The notes under the pieces were generated by a model, which was not told the origin of the DNA, did not search any database, and was given only the letters and a program-made list of their open reading frames with translations. A stretch of 64,000 nt of DNA from an uncultured Actinomycetota bacterium (GTDB lineage Bacteria > Actinomycetota > Actinomycetes > JAHEKZ01). This document shows positions 30,884 to 42,069 of the stretch, piece by piece. The DNA is taken from the NCBI GenBank assembly GCA_963743915.1, contig CAVURN010000003.1, positions 512,001 to 576,000 of the forward strand, given 5' to 3'. The position numbers and the translations under genes were made by a program. Within the stretch, counting starts at the first letter, position 1; each line of letters begins with the position of its first letter.

Positions 30884-31507
30884 CTATCGATTGTCAATCG
30901 ATTCGTCCCGGGTGTGTGCCTGCTCGGCGCGGTCGCGGATCCCGAGCATGCGTCGCATCATGGGGAAGTCGCCCACCTCCATCAGCAGCACCGTGACCGG
31001 AAGCAGCGGGGTCATGCGGTACCGAGCCTTCAGCCGGGTGACGAGGCGGGTGCCGTCGGCGCCCTCCGGGGTCAGTCGCCACGCCCAGGTGGAATCCGGC
31101 TTGCTCCAGACCAGCACCGTCGGCTCGTTTACCTCCGCCACCGTGAAGGCGGTCTGCTCGTTCGACGGTGATGCCATCGGCGCTGCGAGGTCCCCGACCG
31201 CCACCGACTGGTGCTCCTGGAGCAGCACCTCGGCGCTGGGCCGACCGAGGTTGTCCAGGAGGTCGTAGGAGTAGAAGCCGGCCCTTCCGAACCCGACCTG
31301 CGCGAGCCACGGCCACACCCGTTCCGGTGGGGCAGCGATGGACAGGGCTCGGGTGGCCGTGAAGGCGGCGGGCCCGAGCACGTCGTCCCCGGGCATGGCT
31401 CCTTCGACCTCAGCCCTGGTGGCGCCCCACGACAGGTGCCAGGACCTGTACTTCGCGGCGCCAGTGACGGCCGCGGCCACGACGGTTGCCAGCACGGCTC
31501 TGCGCAT
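30884..31507 (-). CDS. SRPBCC-like hypothetical protein
   Basis: WGAT..E...MPGDD, VWPWLAQVG.GRAGFYSYD. Confidence 0.75.
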   Translation of the reverse strand: MRRAVLATVVAAAVTGAAKYRSWHLSWGATRAEVEGAMPGDDVLGPAAFTATRALSIAAPPERVWPWLAQVGFGRAGFYSYDLLDNLGRPSAEVLLQEHQSVAVGDLAAPMASPSNEQTAFTVAEVNEPTVLVWSKPDSTWAWRLTPEGADGTRLVTRLKARYRMTPLLPVTVLLMEVGDFPMMRRMLGIRDRAEQAHTRDESIDNR

Positions 31508-31546
31508 GCCGTTCACGATACGGAGATGGCGCGGCAGACTCGAGGG

Positions 31547-31952
31547 ATGCAGAGCGAGCTGATCGACGTCCACACCGGTGACCGCGACGTCGTCGTGGAC
31601 CTCACCACGCAGTGCGCCTCGTTCGTCCGCGACCGAGGCGACGGTCTGCTGCACGTGTTCGTCCCGCACGCCACCGCGGGGATCGCGATCCTCGAGACGG
31701 GGGCGGGAAGCGACCACGACCTGCTCGCGGCGCTCCGCGACCTGCTTCCCGCGGACGACCGTTGGCACCATCGCCACGGCAGTGCAGGGCACGGCCGCTC
31801 GCATGTGCTGCCGGCGTTGGTCGCACCGTTCGCCACGCTGCCCGTCGTCGGCGGTCGCCTGGCACTGGGGACGTGGCAGAGCATCTGCCTGGTCGATCTC
31901 AACATCGACAATCGAGGACCGGCAGGTCCGACTGAGCTTCGTCACCGCATGA
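31547..31952 (+). CDS. YjbQ/UPF0047 family protein; frameshift near 3' end
   Basis: PHATAG, HGRSH, LGTWQSI. Confidence 0.88.
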
Positions 31953-31965
31953 AGGGAGAGCGTCG

Positions 31966-32529
31966 ATGACGGCACGCACGGACGCGGCAGCCAACCACCG
32001 CGAGACAGCAGAAGGCTTTGCGCGCCGCGTGCGGGGCGTCACCGCGGGGGGTTGGGACGCTCCGTCCCCCGTCGAGGGCTGGGTCGCGCGCGACGTCGTC
32101 CGCCACCTGGTGACCTGGCTCCCCGGATTCCTCGAAGGGGGCAGCGACGTGGTGCTGGCTACCGTTCCCTCGGTCGACGACGACCCGGTGGCTGCGTGGT
32201 CGGCGCATGCCGAGCAGGTGCAGACGGTTCTCGACGACCCCGCCACCGACGGGCGCGTCTACACCAGCCAGTTCACCGGTGAGATGCCGCTCGCGCAGGC
32301 GATCGACCAGTTCTACACAGCCGACGTCTTCATGCACACCTGGGACCTGGCACGCGCGACAGGACAGGACGAGCGGCTCGACGAGCAACGGTGCAAGGCG
32401 ATGTACGAAGGCATGCTGCCCCTGGACGAGCTGCTGCGCAGCAGCGGTCAGTTCGGTCCGCGGGTCGATGTCCCCGAGGACGCGTCCTACCAGGACAAGC
32501 TGATCGGTTTCATCGGCCGTCAACCCTGA
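31966..32529 (+). CDS. TIGR03086/MDMPI-family metal-binding protein
   Basis: WDAPSP..GW.ARDVVRHL, HTWDLARA, GRQP. Confidence 0.85.
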   Translation: MTARTDAAANHRETAEGFARRVRGVTAGGWDAPSPVEGWVARDVVRHLVTWLPGFLEGGSDVVLATVPSVDDDPVAAWSAHAEQVQTVLDDPATDGRVYTSQFTGEMPLAQAIDQFYTADVFMHTWDLARATGQDERLDEQRCKAMYEGMLPLDELLRSSGQFGPRVDVPEDASYQDKLIGFIGRQP

Positions 32530-33786
32530 GCGTCAGCCAGCAGCGCGTCGTCCAGGAACCCGGTCACCCGCGACTCCCACTCGTCCGGTGCCGTGGCGAG
32601 GCCGCCGGTGTGTCCGGCGCCGTCGACCGTCCAGACGTCGACGCGGGACGGCGCAGCGGACTCGAGGTAGGTGGCGGCGTGCGACTCGTCCGGCATCTCG
32701 CCGGCCGTGATGAGCAGGAAGCGGGCGTCGGTCGCCTGCTCGACCGTGTCGTGCAGAGCTGCGGGGCGCGGGACGTCCGTGAAGAGCGCCGTGACGAGAT
32801 CCTGCACCTTCTCGAGCTGCTCCTGGACCGCGCCGCGGACGCCGTACACGTCGGACAGCCATGACTCGTCCGGCGCCGTGCGCGCCGTCGCTCCTTCGGC
32901 AACCACCGCGCGGACGTCGGTGGCGTCGGCTGCGCCGATGGCCTCCTCGCCGCCCATGGACATCCCCACCAGGCCGATCCGGCCGTCCTCGACGTCGTCG
33001 CGTCCGTCCAGGTACGCCGTCGCGGCTGCGACGTCGGCGTCGCCGGCCCATCCGAAGTCCATGGCCCGGCCCTCACTCTCGCCATGACCACGCGCGTCCA
33101 GCATGAGCACCCCGAAACCGTGCTCGGCCAGCACGGCCGCCTCGTCGAGGACGTTCGAGCGGGTCGACCCGGCCCCGTGCAGCAGGACCACCGCTGCACC
33201 GTTGCGGGACGGCACGTACCAGGCGGCGAGCGTCACGCCGTCGGCCGTCTGGACGCGGACGTCCTCGTAGCCGAGGTCCGACGCTGGAGGGGCTGGCCCC
33301 GATGGCGGGTCGGGGGACGTGCGTGGCCGCCACCGCGGGTGAGACCACCGAGACGGTCAGCACCAGCGCTGCCAGCACCACGAACCCGGCCAGCACCCGC
33401 CGCCAGATCCTCACCCCCGCGGTCGCGCGCACCAGGCCGCCGCCGATCAGCAGCAGACCCGCGACCAGCAGCACGGCGGTGGCCGCCTTGACGATGAAGG
33501 GGCCGTCCTTGACCAGGTAGGGCCCGAAGCCGACGGCCGTGGCCACCGTCACGATGCCCACCAGTGTCAGCAGCCACCCGGACCACCGCGGACTCGTGCG
33601 CCGTAGGCCGAGGGAGAGCAACCATCCGGAGGCCAGCCCGAGCAGCGTGAAGGTCACCTGCCAGGCCGCTCCCGCGTCCGAGGCGAGCAGGAACCCCGCA
33701 GAGGCGCCAGCGACGAGCAGGGTCGCCTCGAGCCGACGGGGACGTGTGACGCCGGTCGTCGGGACGTCGAGCACTGCCTGCTGCAC
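32520..33786 (-). CDS. Membrane-anchored alpha/beta hydrolase; frameshift near 33285
   Basis: N-terminal TMs, LLHGAG, DARGHGES, GMSMGG, GAGHT. Confidence 0.8.
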
Positions 33787-33852
33787 ATCTCGAACCTACG
33801 GCTGGGGCGCAGGCGGTCGAGCAGGGCCGAATGTCACCGCGACGCCTGCGCG

Positions 33853-35266
33853 TCACCGACGCGCGCGAGTCACCCCGGGAAGCAGCGACAGTCCTGGGGT
33901 GTGCATGAGGCGTCCACCGATGAGCTGACCGAGCAGGACGCCGGCCGCCAGCGCGATGGCGATGGAGGCCGCTTCGACCAGCGAGGCGATGCCCTTGTCG
34001 GGCTGGTCCTGGCTCAGCGCGTAGCAGACCCTGGTAGACGGCGAGCCCGGGGAGCAGGGGGATGATCCCGGGCACCGTGACGAGCACCGGGGGAACGCGC
34101 ATGCGGGCGCCGAAGAAGCGGCTGGCGACGCCGATGGCGATCGCGGGGACGGCTGTGGCGGCGCCCGGGCTGTCCAGCCATTCGCTGACCGTCAGGAACA
34201 CGACGAAACCGAGACCGGCGATCACCCCGCCGACGATCGCCAGGCGCCAGGGCGACTGGTACGTGATCGCGGCTGCCAGAGCCGCGACGCCCGCAGCGAT
34301 GGCAGCCGCGGTGACGGTGGACGCGCTCGCGTCGGGTCGGACGGTCGCCGCCATCGTCACGTCGAGCTCGGCGGCAATGGTCAGGCCGAGGAGGATGCCC
34401 GACACGATGCCGATCGTCGCGAAGGTCAGCTCGACGGTGCGCGCCGCCGCGGTGACGGCGAAGGATCCGATCGCCTCCTGGGCGGCCACCATCAGGCTCA
34501 TGCCGGGGAGCAGTCCGATGATGCCGCCGACGATGACCAGTGACGCCTTCACCTTCAGGTCGCCCTGCTCGTCCTCCAGTGCGGTGACACCGACGGCGAT
34601 CATGACCGACGAGAGAGCCAGCACCAGGTTGATGAAGAACGTGGCGACCTTGCGGTGCGCCAGTCGGTTGCCGATGAACCCGGTGGTGCTCGCCGCGGCG
34701 AACGCGACGGCGGCGGTGAGGGCGTTCCCTCCCAGCATGACGGTGATGGCCGCGGACAGGGCGCCGAAGGCGATCACGACGAACCACCGCGGGTACGGAC
34801 GGCGCAGGTGCTCGATGTCGCTCAGCCGCCGCTCGACGTCGCTGGGCGGAATGCGTCCCTCCGCGAGGTCGAGCACGAGCTGGTGTGCAGCAGCGACACG
34901 TGCGTAGTGCGTCGAGCGTCCCCGGACGACGCGCATGTCGGTCAGTCCCGGACGGTCGTTGCCGGGGGCGACGCTGATGACGATCGATCCGTACGTGATG
35001 TCGACCTCGAAGGTGCCGAGGCCGACGGCGGTGCCGACGGCGAAGATCGCCGCCTCGACGTCCTCGGTGGGTGCGCCTCCTGCGAGCAGCAGGGTCCCGA
35101 CCCGCAGCGCGAGCGATACACCGTGGTCGACGGCGGCCAGCTCGGCGTCCTCGCTGGGGCCGCGCCGCGGGTAGACCGCGCGGGTCGGCGTCCGGACGAC
35201 GGGGATCGGGGCCGTCTCCCCTCGCCAGAGGGCGGTGCGCCAGCGCGAGGGGGTGGGTTCGGTCAC
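33853..35266 (-). CDS. Threonine/serine exporter (ThrE family); frameshift near 34020
   Basis: GAPTEDVE, LLPG twice, about ten TM segments. Confidence 0.85.
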
Positions 35267-35329
35267 CCCGCCAGTATCCCGCGGGCACACTCGCCGGGTG
35301 TCCCGCTTCGGTGTCGCGCTCGGCGGGCT

Positions 35330-36329
35330 CTACGGGACCAGGACGGCGGCTCCGTCGACGCGGTCCGCTGCGAGGTCGGCGAGCGCCCGGTCCGCCGCGT
35401 CGAGCGGGTACACCTGGTGGTGCACCTGCAGCGACAGGGACGCGGCGGCGCGCAGGAACTCCTCGCCGTCGGCTCGCGTGTTCGCGGTGACCGACCGCAG
35501 CACCCGCTCCCGGAACAGGTGCTTCTGGTAGTCGAGCGGCGGGATGTCGGACAGGTGGATGCCGGCGACGGCCAGCGTCCCGGCGTCGTCGAGGGCGGCA
35601 AGTGCGGCGGGCACGATCTCACCGGCCGGCGCGAAGATGATCGCCGCGTCGAGGCGCTCGGGGGGAGCGTCGTACGTGTCACCGGCGCTCGCGCAGCCCA
35701 GGGAGAGCGCCAGCGCCCGGGCCTCGGGCGACCGCGTCATGACGTGCACCGTCGCCCCCTGCTGCATCGCCACCTGCGCGGTGAGGTGGGCGGAGGCGCC
35801 GAACCCGTAGATGCCGAGCCGCCCGCCCTCGGGCAGCGACGCCATCCGCAGGGCCCGGTACCCGATGATCCCGGCGCACAGCAGCGGTGCGGCGTGCACG
35901 TCGCTCCACTGCTCCGGGATGCGGTACGCGAACGCCTCGGGGACCACCGCCTGGTCTGCGTAGCCGCCGTCGGCGTCCCACCCGGTGAAGGTCGCCTCCG
36001 GGCACAGGTTCTCCAGGCCGCGCCGGCACCAACGGCACCTGCCGCAGGTGTGGCGGAGCCAGGCGATCCCGACCCGGTCGCCGACCGCCAGCCGCATCGG
36101 TGCCCGGGCCGACCCGGCTCACCGTCCCGACCACCTCGTGCCCCGGCACCGTGCGGGGACGGTGCGGGGCGAGGTCGCCCTCGGCCAGGTGCAGGTCGGT
36201 CCGGCAGACGCCGCACGCCCGGACGTCCACGACCACCTCACCGGGGCCGGGCTCAGGGTCGGGCAGGTCGACGAGCCGCAGTGGCCCGGACGCCATCGGC
36301 CCCGGCTCCAGCACCACCCATGCCCGCAC
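35330..36329 (-). CDS. Zinc-dependent alcohol dehydrogenase; frameshift near 36100
   Basis: [30 protein letters not shown]. Confidence 0.9.
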
Positions 36330-36387
36330 GGCGTCAGCCTGCCGTGCGGACGGGGCCGGGGCCAAGGGTCGATCGGCCCGGCGGCCC

Positions 36388-36436
36388 GTTCACCCCGGCC
36401 CGCGTGACCTGCCGTTGTTCACCTTCCGTTCACCTG
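36388..36436 (+). promoter_or_regulatory. PHO box (PhoP/RegX3-type direct repeats) upstream of Pit transporter
   Basis: GTTCACC at 36417 and 36428 (11-bp period), plus 36388. Confidence 0.75.
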
Positions 36437-36519
36437 GTGGTCGCCTGGCGGACGGCGCGGTCGATCAAGATTTCCGCGCAGTTCACGGGCCACAAGCCCC
36501 CGAACATCTGAGGACCAGG

Positions 36520-37698
36520 GTGGACCCTCTGCTGTTGGCCGTCATCGCCGTCGTTGCGCTTGCCTTGGTGTTCGACTTCACCAACGGGTTCCATGACGCC
36601 GCCAACTCGGTCGCCACGGTGGTGGCGACGAGGGCCCTCAAACCGAAGGCGGCTGTCGCCTTCTCCGCCTTCTTCAACTTCGCCGCGTACTTCATCGTCG
36701 GCACGGCGGTCGCCAACACCGTCAGCAAGTTCGTCGACGCCGAGTACGCCGGCGTCGCCGTGGTGTTCGCGGCGCTCATCGGCGCCATCACGTGGAACTA
36801 CCTCACGTGGTGGATCGGCATGCCGTCATCGTCCAGCCATGCGCTGATCGGCGGACTCGTCGGCGCGGGGCTCTCCGTCGGATGGATCGACGCGATCGCG
36901 TGGTCAGAGGTCGAGAAGGCGGTCATCGCCATCTTCGTGTCACCACTGGTCGCCTTCACGATCGCCTTCGTCGCGATGTACCTGGTGGCGCTGCTGCAGA
37001 AGCTGACCGGGTGGCACGACAACGCCAAGCCGTTCAAGTACCTGCAGGTGGTGTCGGCGGCCGCCGTCTCGTTCGGGCACGGAGCCAACGACGCGCAGAA
37101 GACCATGGGAGTGATCGCCGCCCTCCTGGCCGGAGCCGGCTACACGACGGTCGGCGGCGACGGCACCGTCCCGGTGCCCGAGTGGGTGGCGCTCGCCGCC
37201 TACGCCGCCATCGCCCTGGGAACGTTCTGGGGCGGCTGGAAGATCATCGAGACGATGGGTCTGCGCATCACGACGTTGCACGCCAGCTCCGGCGTTGCGG
37301 CCAACGTGGGTGCCACCGCCTCCATCTTCGGAGCCACCGATCTGGGGATCCCCATCTCGACCACCCACGCCGCCGGGTCGTCGGTGATGGGCGCAGGGGT
37401 GGCGTCCGGCCGTGGCATCAACCTCAAGGTGGTCGGCGAGATGCTGCTGGCCTGGGTCGTGACGATCCCGGTGACCAGCGTGATCGCGTTCCTGGTCTTC
37501 AAGCTGACGCAGCTTCCCACGCCAGCCGCATGGGTGTCGGTCACCGCGCTGCTGTTCGTGCTCGGTGGCGCGATCGCCTACGCCATGACGCATGCGGTGG
37601 GAGCCGACGACGTCGAGCAGGAGATCCCCGACGAGCAGGATCTCGCGGAGCACATCCCCGCGATCCCGCACATCGAGGGCCACGGTCCGGCCGCCTGA
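36520..37698 (+). CDS. pitA: Inorganic phosphate transporter (Pit family)
   Basis: NGFHDAANSVAT, PSSSSHALIGG, HGANDAQK, PISTTH. Confidence 0.92.
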   Translation: MDPLLLAVIAVVALALVFDFTNGFHDAANSVATVVATRALKPKAAVAFSAFFNFAAYFIVGTAVANTVSKFVDAEYAGVAVVFAALIGAITWNYLTWWIGMPSSSSHALIGGLVGAGLSVGWIDAIAWSEVEKAVIAIFVSPLVAFTIAFVAMYLVALLQKLTGWHDNAKPFKYLQVVSAAAVSFGHGANDAQKTMGVIAALLAGAGYTTVGGDGTVPVPEWVALAAYAAIALGTFWGGWKIIETMGLRITTLHASSGVAANVGATASIFGATDLGIPISTTHAAGSSVMGAGVASGRGINLKVVGEMLLAWVVTIPVTSVIAFLVFKLTQLPTPAAWVSVTALLFVLGGAIAYAMTHAVGADDVEQEIPDEQDLAEHIPAIPHIEGHGPAA

Positions 37699-37707
37699 CC
37701 CTCGGCT

Positions 37708-37767
37708 GTTGATCTGAGCGCGGGGGCAGACCCGCCGGGTGTTTCTGCCCCCAGGCTCAAGATCAAC
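37708..37767. terminator. Long imperfect hairpin between convergent genes (terminator or REP-like)
   Basis: GTTGATCTGAGC..GGGGGCAGA / TCTGCCCCC..GCTCAAGATCAAC. Confidence 0.55.
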
Positions 37768-37794
37768 TGCGGTCAGGCGAGGCGCAGCAGCGGA

Positions 37795-38685
37795 TCAGGG
37801 GACGCGGACGGTCAGCGCGTCCTCGCGGAGCCGCACGATGAATCCGTGGCCCTCCTCGATCAGGTCCCCGTCGATCTGCCGCGGACGCGCCCGGTGCGTC
37901 GTCACCACGACCTTGCGTCCCTGCAGCACCGTGCGTGAGGGGTCGTCGTCGCCGGTGTTGCCGCGCAGCAGCCCCCAGGACGAGCGGGCGTAGTCGACGG
38001 CAGTCGTGGGATCGAACACCAGCACCTCCATCTGCCCGTCATCCGGCTCGGACTCCGGCAGCAGGGACACCCCGCCGACCAGCTTGCCGACGTTGGCGAT
38101 GAGGCAGGTGCGGGCCAGGTAGCTGTGCTCGGGTCCGTCGTCCACCTGCACGCGCAGGCGCAGCGGGTGGTCGCGAACGGTCCGGGCGGCCTGGACGGCG
38201 TAGGCCGCCCAGCCCATGCGGGCCTTGACCGCCTCGCTGACGTCCATCATCGCCGCGTCCCACCCCATGCCGCACATGACGAGCGACACGGTGCGGCGAC
38301 CCTGACCGAGGGAGACGTCGAGCACGTCGATGACGCGGTCCGAACCACCGAACGCGACCCCGATCGCCTCGGTGACCTCGAGCGGGACGTCCAGGTTCCG
38401 GGCGAGCAGGTTGCCGGTCCCGAGCGGCAGCAGTCCGAGCGGGGTCTTCGTTCCGCTCAGTGCTGTGGCCACGGCGCGCACGGTGCCGTCACCGCCTGCG
38501 GCAAGCACGAGCGAGGCGCCCTCGGCGACGGCGGTGGCGGCCTGGGCGGTGCCTGGCTCCTCGGCGGTGGTCTCGACCCACTGCAGCTCGCCGAGCTCGT
38601 ACTGCTCAGCAGCGGTGACCAGCCGTGCCCGAAGTCCGTCGCGATCGTTGACCTTCGTCGGGTTCACGATGGCGACGACGGACAT
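37795..38685 (-). CDS. Diacylglycerol kinase family lipid kinase
   Basis: IVNP, AGGDGT, PLGTGNLLA, QIDGD. Confidence 0.9.
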   Translation of the reverse strand: MSVVAIVNPTKVNDRDGLRARLVTAAEQYELGELQWVETTAEEPGTAQAATAVAEGASLVLAAGGDGTVRAVATALSGTKTPLGLLPLGTGNLLARNLDVPLEVTEAIGVAFGGSDRVIDVLDVSLGQGRRTVSLVMCGMGWDAAMMDVSEAVKARMGWAAYAVQAARTVRDHPLRLRVQVDDGPEHSYLARTCLIANVGKLVGGVSLLPESEPDDGQMEVLVFDPTTAVDYARSSWGLLRGNTGDDDPSRTVLQGRKVVVTTHRARPRQIDGDLIEEGHGFIVRLREDALTVRVP

Positions 38686-38750
38686 GCGCCGACCGTACCG
38701 GGCGGCTCCACGACCGCATGCTCTGGCCGGGTGGGTGCGAGAGTGGTCCC

Positions 38751-39263
38751 GTGCGCGTGCGAACCCCCCTCGGCCGGCTCCCGGCGTTCGTCGTCATCGC
38801 GGCCAACGCAGCGTTCTGGCCCGCGTGGACGGCCGCCGTCGGCTGGGCGGCGCAGCGGACCCCGGACCGGCGCTTCTCGTCCGACGACGCGGTCACCCGG
38901 GAACGTTCCTTCGAACGCGGCGGCCGCTGGTACCGCGAGGAGTGGCAGATCGAGCGGTGGAAAGGCGCCCTTCCCGAAGCCGGACGTGCGTTCGGCGGGT
39001 TCGAGAAGCGTTCGGTGGCGCAGGGCGACGTCGAGGTGATGGAACAGTTCCTGATCGAGACGCGGCGGGCCGAGCACGCGCACTGGGGCATGGTCGCCGG
39101 AGTGGCGGTGACGCTGCTGTGGAACCCGTGGTGGGCGACACCGGCCAACGTCGCAGTCGCGGTGGGCAGCAACGTCCCCTGCATCGCCGTGCAGCGCTAC
39201 AACCGGGCGCGCCTGCGTCGCGCGATCGTCGCGGTGCGACGCCGCGCTACATCTGCTCGATGA
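38751..39263 (+). CDS. CrtO-like carotenoid-glycoside acyltransferase family protein
   Basis: WKGALPEAG, ETRRAEHAHW, NVPCIAVQRYNRARL. Confidence 0.72.
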   Translation: MRVRTPLGRLPAFVVIAANAAFWPAWTAAVGWAAQRTPDRRFSSDDAVTRERSFERGGRWYREEWQIERWKGALPEAGRAFGGFEKRSVAQGDVEVMEQFLIETRRAEHAHWGMVAGVAVTLLWNPWWATPANVAVAVGSNVPCIAVQRYNRARLRRAIVAVRRRATSAR

Positions 39264-40011
39264 GGTCCCGCGGGCCCACCACGATCACCGGATCGAGGTC
39301 AGGGTCGAGCCACTGCAGCACCTGACGCATCCGGGCGCGCGAGATGGAGATGCACCCGGCGGTGGCGTCCGTGCCGTTCACGTGCAGGAAGATGCCACCG
39401 CCTGCTCGCGTGTCCGCGGTCTCCAGAGCGATGCGCTGGCCGTTCCGCCACCGCAGCGCGGCGGGCAGGTTGTAGTCGAGCACCACCGCGAAGCGGTACT
39501 GCTTGCGGTAGGACGCCAGACGCTCGGCCCAGTCGGTGCGCCACTGGGCGTGCCGGGGTCGCCACGGCTGCAGGACGTTGTACGTCTTGGGGTCCGACGG
39601 GTCGTACGGCCACCAGTCGTTGGCGTCGACCCGGCGGTACGGCAGCTCGACGCCGCCAGGCTTGGCCAGGCCGAACCCGCGCAGCAGGGCGAACGTCCCG
39701 GCCGGGGTGGTCCCGGTGCTCTGCAGGCGGTCCTCCGCGGCTCGCATTCCGTTCCAGCCCACCCGCGCCGGCACCGGTGCCATCACCTGCACCCAGGCAC
39801 CGCCCGTCGTCCGGCGCCAGGTCTGCAGCCTGGCGTAGCTGGTCTGCCAGCCGCTGGAGGTGACCACCACGACCTGGCGGGCGTCACCGACGTTCGCGAG
39901 GCGTGCGGGCAGTGGCGCACCGGCAGCTCCTGCCGGCGCCGCTCCACCCAGCGCTCCGGCCACCACGGCGGCCGCTGCCAGGGTCGCGAGGGCGGCGACG
40001 AGTCGTCTCAT
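39247..40011 (-). CDS. L,D-transpeptidase family protein
   Basis: Signal peptide, TTPAG, GIFLH...TAGCIS. Confidence 0.85.
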   Translation of the reverse strand: MRRLVAALATLAAAAVVAGALGGAAPAGAAGAPLPARLANVGDARQVVVVTSSGWQTSYARLQTWRRTTGGAWVQVMAPVPARVGWNGMRAAEDRLQSTGTTPAGTFALLRGFGLAKPGGVELPYRRVDANDWWPYDPSDPKTYNVLQPWRPRHAQWRTDWAERLASYRKQYRFAVVLDYNLPAALRWRNGQRIALETADTRAGGGIFLHVNGTDATAGCISISRARMRQVLQWLDPDLDPVIVVGPRDLIEQM

Positions 40012-40101
40012 CCCCCCAGTATCGGTCGGTGGGGCGGGGCGGCTTGAACCCCGGGACCGGCCTGGTGACCACGGAGCGCGCCGGCGTGCGAACCTGGGCC
40101 C

Positions 40102-40563
40102 GTGCGCGGACGCCTCTTCGTGACGGTCCAGACGATGCTCCTGGTGGTCCTGGGGCTGTCGCCCTTCTGGGCCCGGGAGCCTGACGTACCGCTGGTCGTC
40201 ACGCTGGCGGGGGCACTCGTCCTGCTGGCCGGGCTGGTGGTGTCCGCGCTCGCTCTGCGGAACCTCGGCGACGCCCTGACCCCGCTGCCGGAGCCACGCC
40301 CTGACGCCGCGTTGGTGGTCACGGGCCTCTACCGGTGGGTCCGGCACCCGATCTACACGGGGGTCCTCACCACGGCGGTCGGCTGGACGCTGATCCTTCC
40401 GTCGTGGTGGACGGCTGGTGTCACCGTCGCTCTCGTCCTCCTCTTCACGTTGAAGAGCCGCTACGAGGAGTCGCTGCTGCGCGAGCGGTACGTCGGGTAC
40501 GCCGACTACGCCAGGCGCACGCCGCGCTTCGTCCCGCGTCCGCGTCGTCCGCTATCGCTGTAG
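40102..40563 (+). CDS. Isoprenylcysteine carboxyl methyltransferase family membrane protein
   Basis: GLYRWVRHPIY, EE..L, Y..Y...TPRFVP. Confidence 0.88.
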   Translation: MRGRLFVTVQTMLLVVLGLSPFWAREPDVPLVVTLAGALVLLAGLVVSALALRNLGDALTPLPEPRPDAALVVTGLYRWVRHPIYTGVLTTAVGWTLILPSWWTAGVTVALVLLFTLKSRYEESLLRERYVGYADYARRTPRFVPRPRRPLSL

Positions 40564-42069
40564 GCGGCCTGTAGCCGCGGCGAAGGCCAGCACCGATCGT
40601 GGGGCGAACGGTGCGCGCCACATGCCGCCATGCATGGCGCCGGCGGCGAGCAGGTCCATGCAGGAGTCGACCGGGACGGCGGGGTTGGCGAGCGATGCGT
40701 CGTTGCGCAGGTCGTGGACCAGCAGGGCGGCCATCACCTGTCGGCTGGCTGCCGGGGAGAACACGTGCAATCCGAACCGGTGTGCGCCCCCGTACGCCGA
40801 GGCGATCAACGGATTGCTGACGACCGAGCGTGAGCGGGTGGCCGGAGCGACGTTGATCGAGACACGGACGCCTTGCGCCCGGGCCCGCGCGGCACGCCAC
40901 CGCTGCACCCGTTTGGCCAGGGCGTAGTTGGGCCCCTGCTGCGTGATGAGTGCATCCATCAGCCCGTACCGCTGTCCGGTCGGCAGCGTCTCGATGCCGT
41001 CGTACGCGGGTCGGAAGATGCGGCGTCCGCCGAGCTCGCGGGCGATCGACACCATGACGGTCGACTCCGCGTAGCGCCGGCGCGACAGCTCGACCGCGTC
41101 GCTCGGGACGGCGTACACGTCGGTGGGGGTCGCCAGGTAGGCGAGGCTGATGTCGGACCGCCGGTCGAGCAGGTGGGCGATCACCGCGTCCACCGCCGCC
41201 GTGGTGCGCACGTGCGTCGAGCCCGAGGCGTAGACGTAGTCACCGATGACGAGGGGGCCGGGCAGGTGTGCGAGCCACTCGGCGATCTCAGGCGCCTCGT
41301 TGATCACGTCGGTGCCGGCCTTGGCGGCGACGGCGGCGTCCCTGGCGTCCGGGTCGATGCCCCCGCGCACGGGCACGGTCAGGCGTCCGGGCGATCGCCG
41401 GGCCTGCTCGATGAGGGGACGCCACAGGTGCGGTCCCGGCAGGTCGACCGCCACGACATGGGCCCCCCACCGCAGCAGCGGCGCGAGCGGCCCCATCTCA
41501 GACGCGGCACCGAGCACGACGACCGTGGTGTCGGACAGGTCGAGCCACTCCGGGTGCGCTGCGACGGTGCGGAGAGCCTCGATCGCCGACGGCTCGCCGA
41601 CCGCCTCGGCCTCCCAGCGGTCGAGCAGGCGCAGCGCGTCGTCGCCGGCGACGCGCGTCTCGTCGTCGACCAGGGTGAACGTGGTGTCGGGCAGGCCCTG
41701 GCCACGTACCCGGTGACCGGACAGGTAGTGGGTGCGCGGCACCTCGAGGGCTTCGGTGATCGAGCCCTCCGCGCCCTGGCGTCGGAAACGCATCTCGGAG
41801 TGGAAGGCGGTCAGGCCATCGGTGGCGATGAGACCAACGTGCCCGCCGGCCGACAACCGGGTCATCTCGCGGAAGTGCTTCGGGTAGTGGCGGTACCAGT
41901 GGGACTCGTCGCGGGCCGCGTCGCTCGCGGCGGTGTCGACCCGACCCGTCGAGGCAGCCACCACACGCCGACCGACCGGCTGGGTGGCCCGCTCGCTGCC
42001 GGTGAGCGGGAACACCACACCCGCATGGGACGCGGGGGTGTTCGCCGGCTCCCGGCTGCGACGCCTCAC
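40552..42069 (-). CDS. Conserved hypothetical protein with Rossmann-like motif
   Basis: 505 aa, VVVLGAASEMGP, QGPNYALAKR, HGGMWR; GTGA overlap with sua5. Confidence 0.72.
   Translation of the reverse strand: MRRRSREPANTPASHAGVVFPLTGSERATQPVGRRVVAASTGRVDTAASDAARDESHWYRHYPKHFREMTRLSAGGHVGLIATDGLTAFHSEMRFRRQGAEGSITEALEVPRTHYLSGHRVRGQGLPDTTFTLVDDETRVAGDDALRLLDRWEAEAVGEPSAIEALRTVAAHPEWLDLSDTTVVVLGAASEMGPLAPLLRWGAHVVAVDLPGPHLWRPLIEQARRSPGRLTVPVRGGIDPDARDAAVAAKAGTDVINEAPEIAEWLAHLPGPLVIGDYVYASGSTHVRTTAAVDAVIAHLLDRRSDISLAYLATPTDVYAVPSDAVELSRRRYAESTVMVSIARELGGRRIFRPAYDGIETLPTGQRYGLMDALITQQGPNYALAKRVQRWRAARARAQGVRVSINVAPATRSRSVVSNPLIASAYGGAHRFGLHVFSPAASRQVMAALLVHDLRNDASLANPAVPVDSCMDLLAAGAMHGGMWRAPFAPRSVLAFAAATGRLQR

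Noticed and set aside
33233-35290. 685-aa ThrE ORF extending into the hydrolase
   Set aside because: A frameshift near 34020 explains the read-through; the corrected stop is at 33853.
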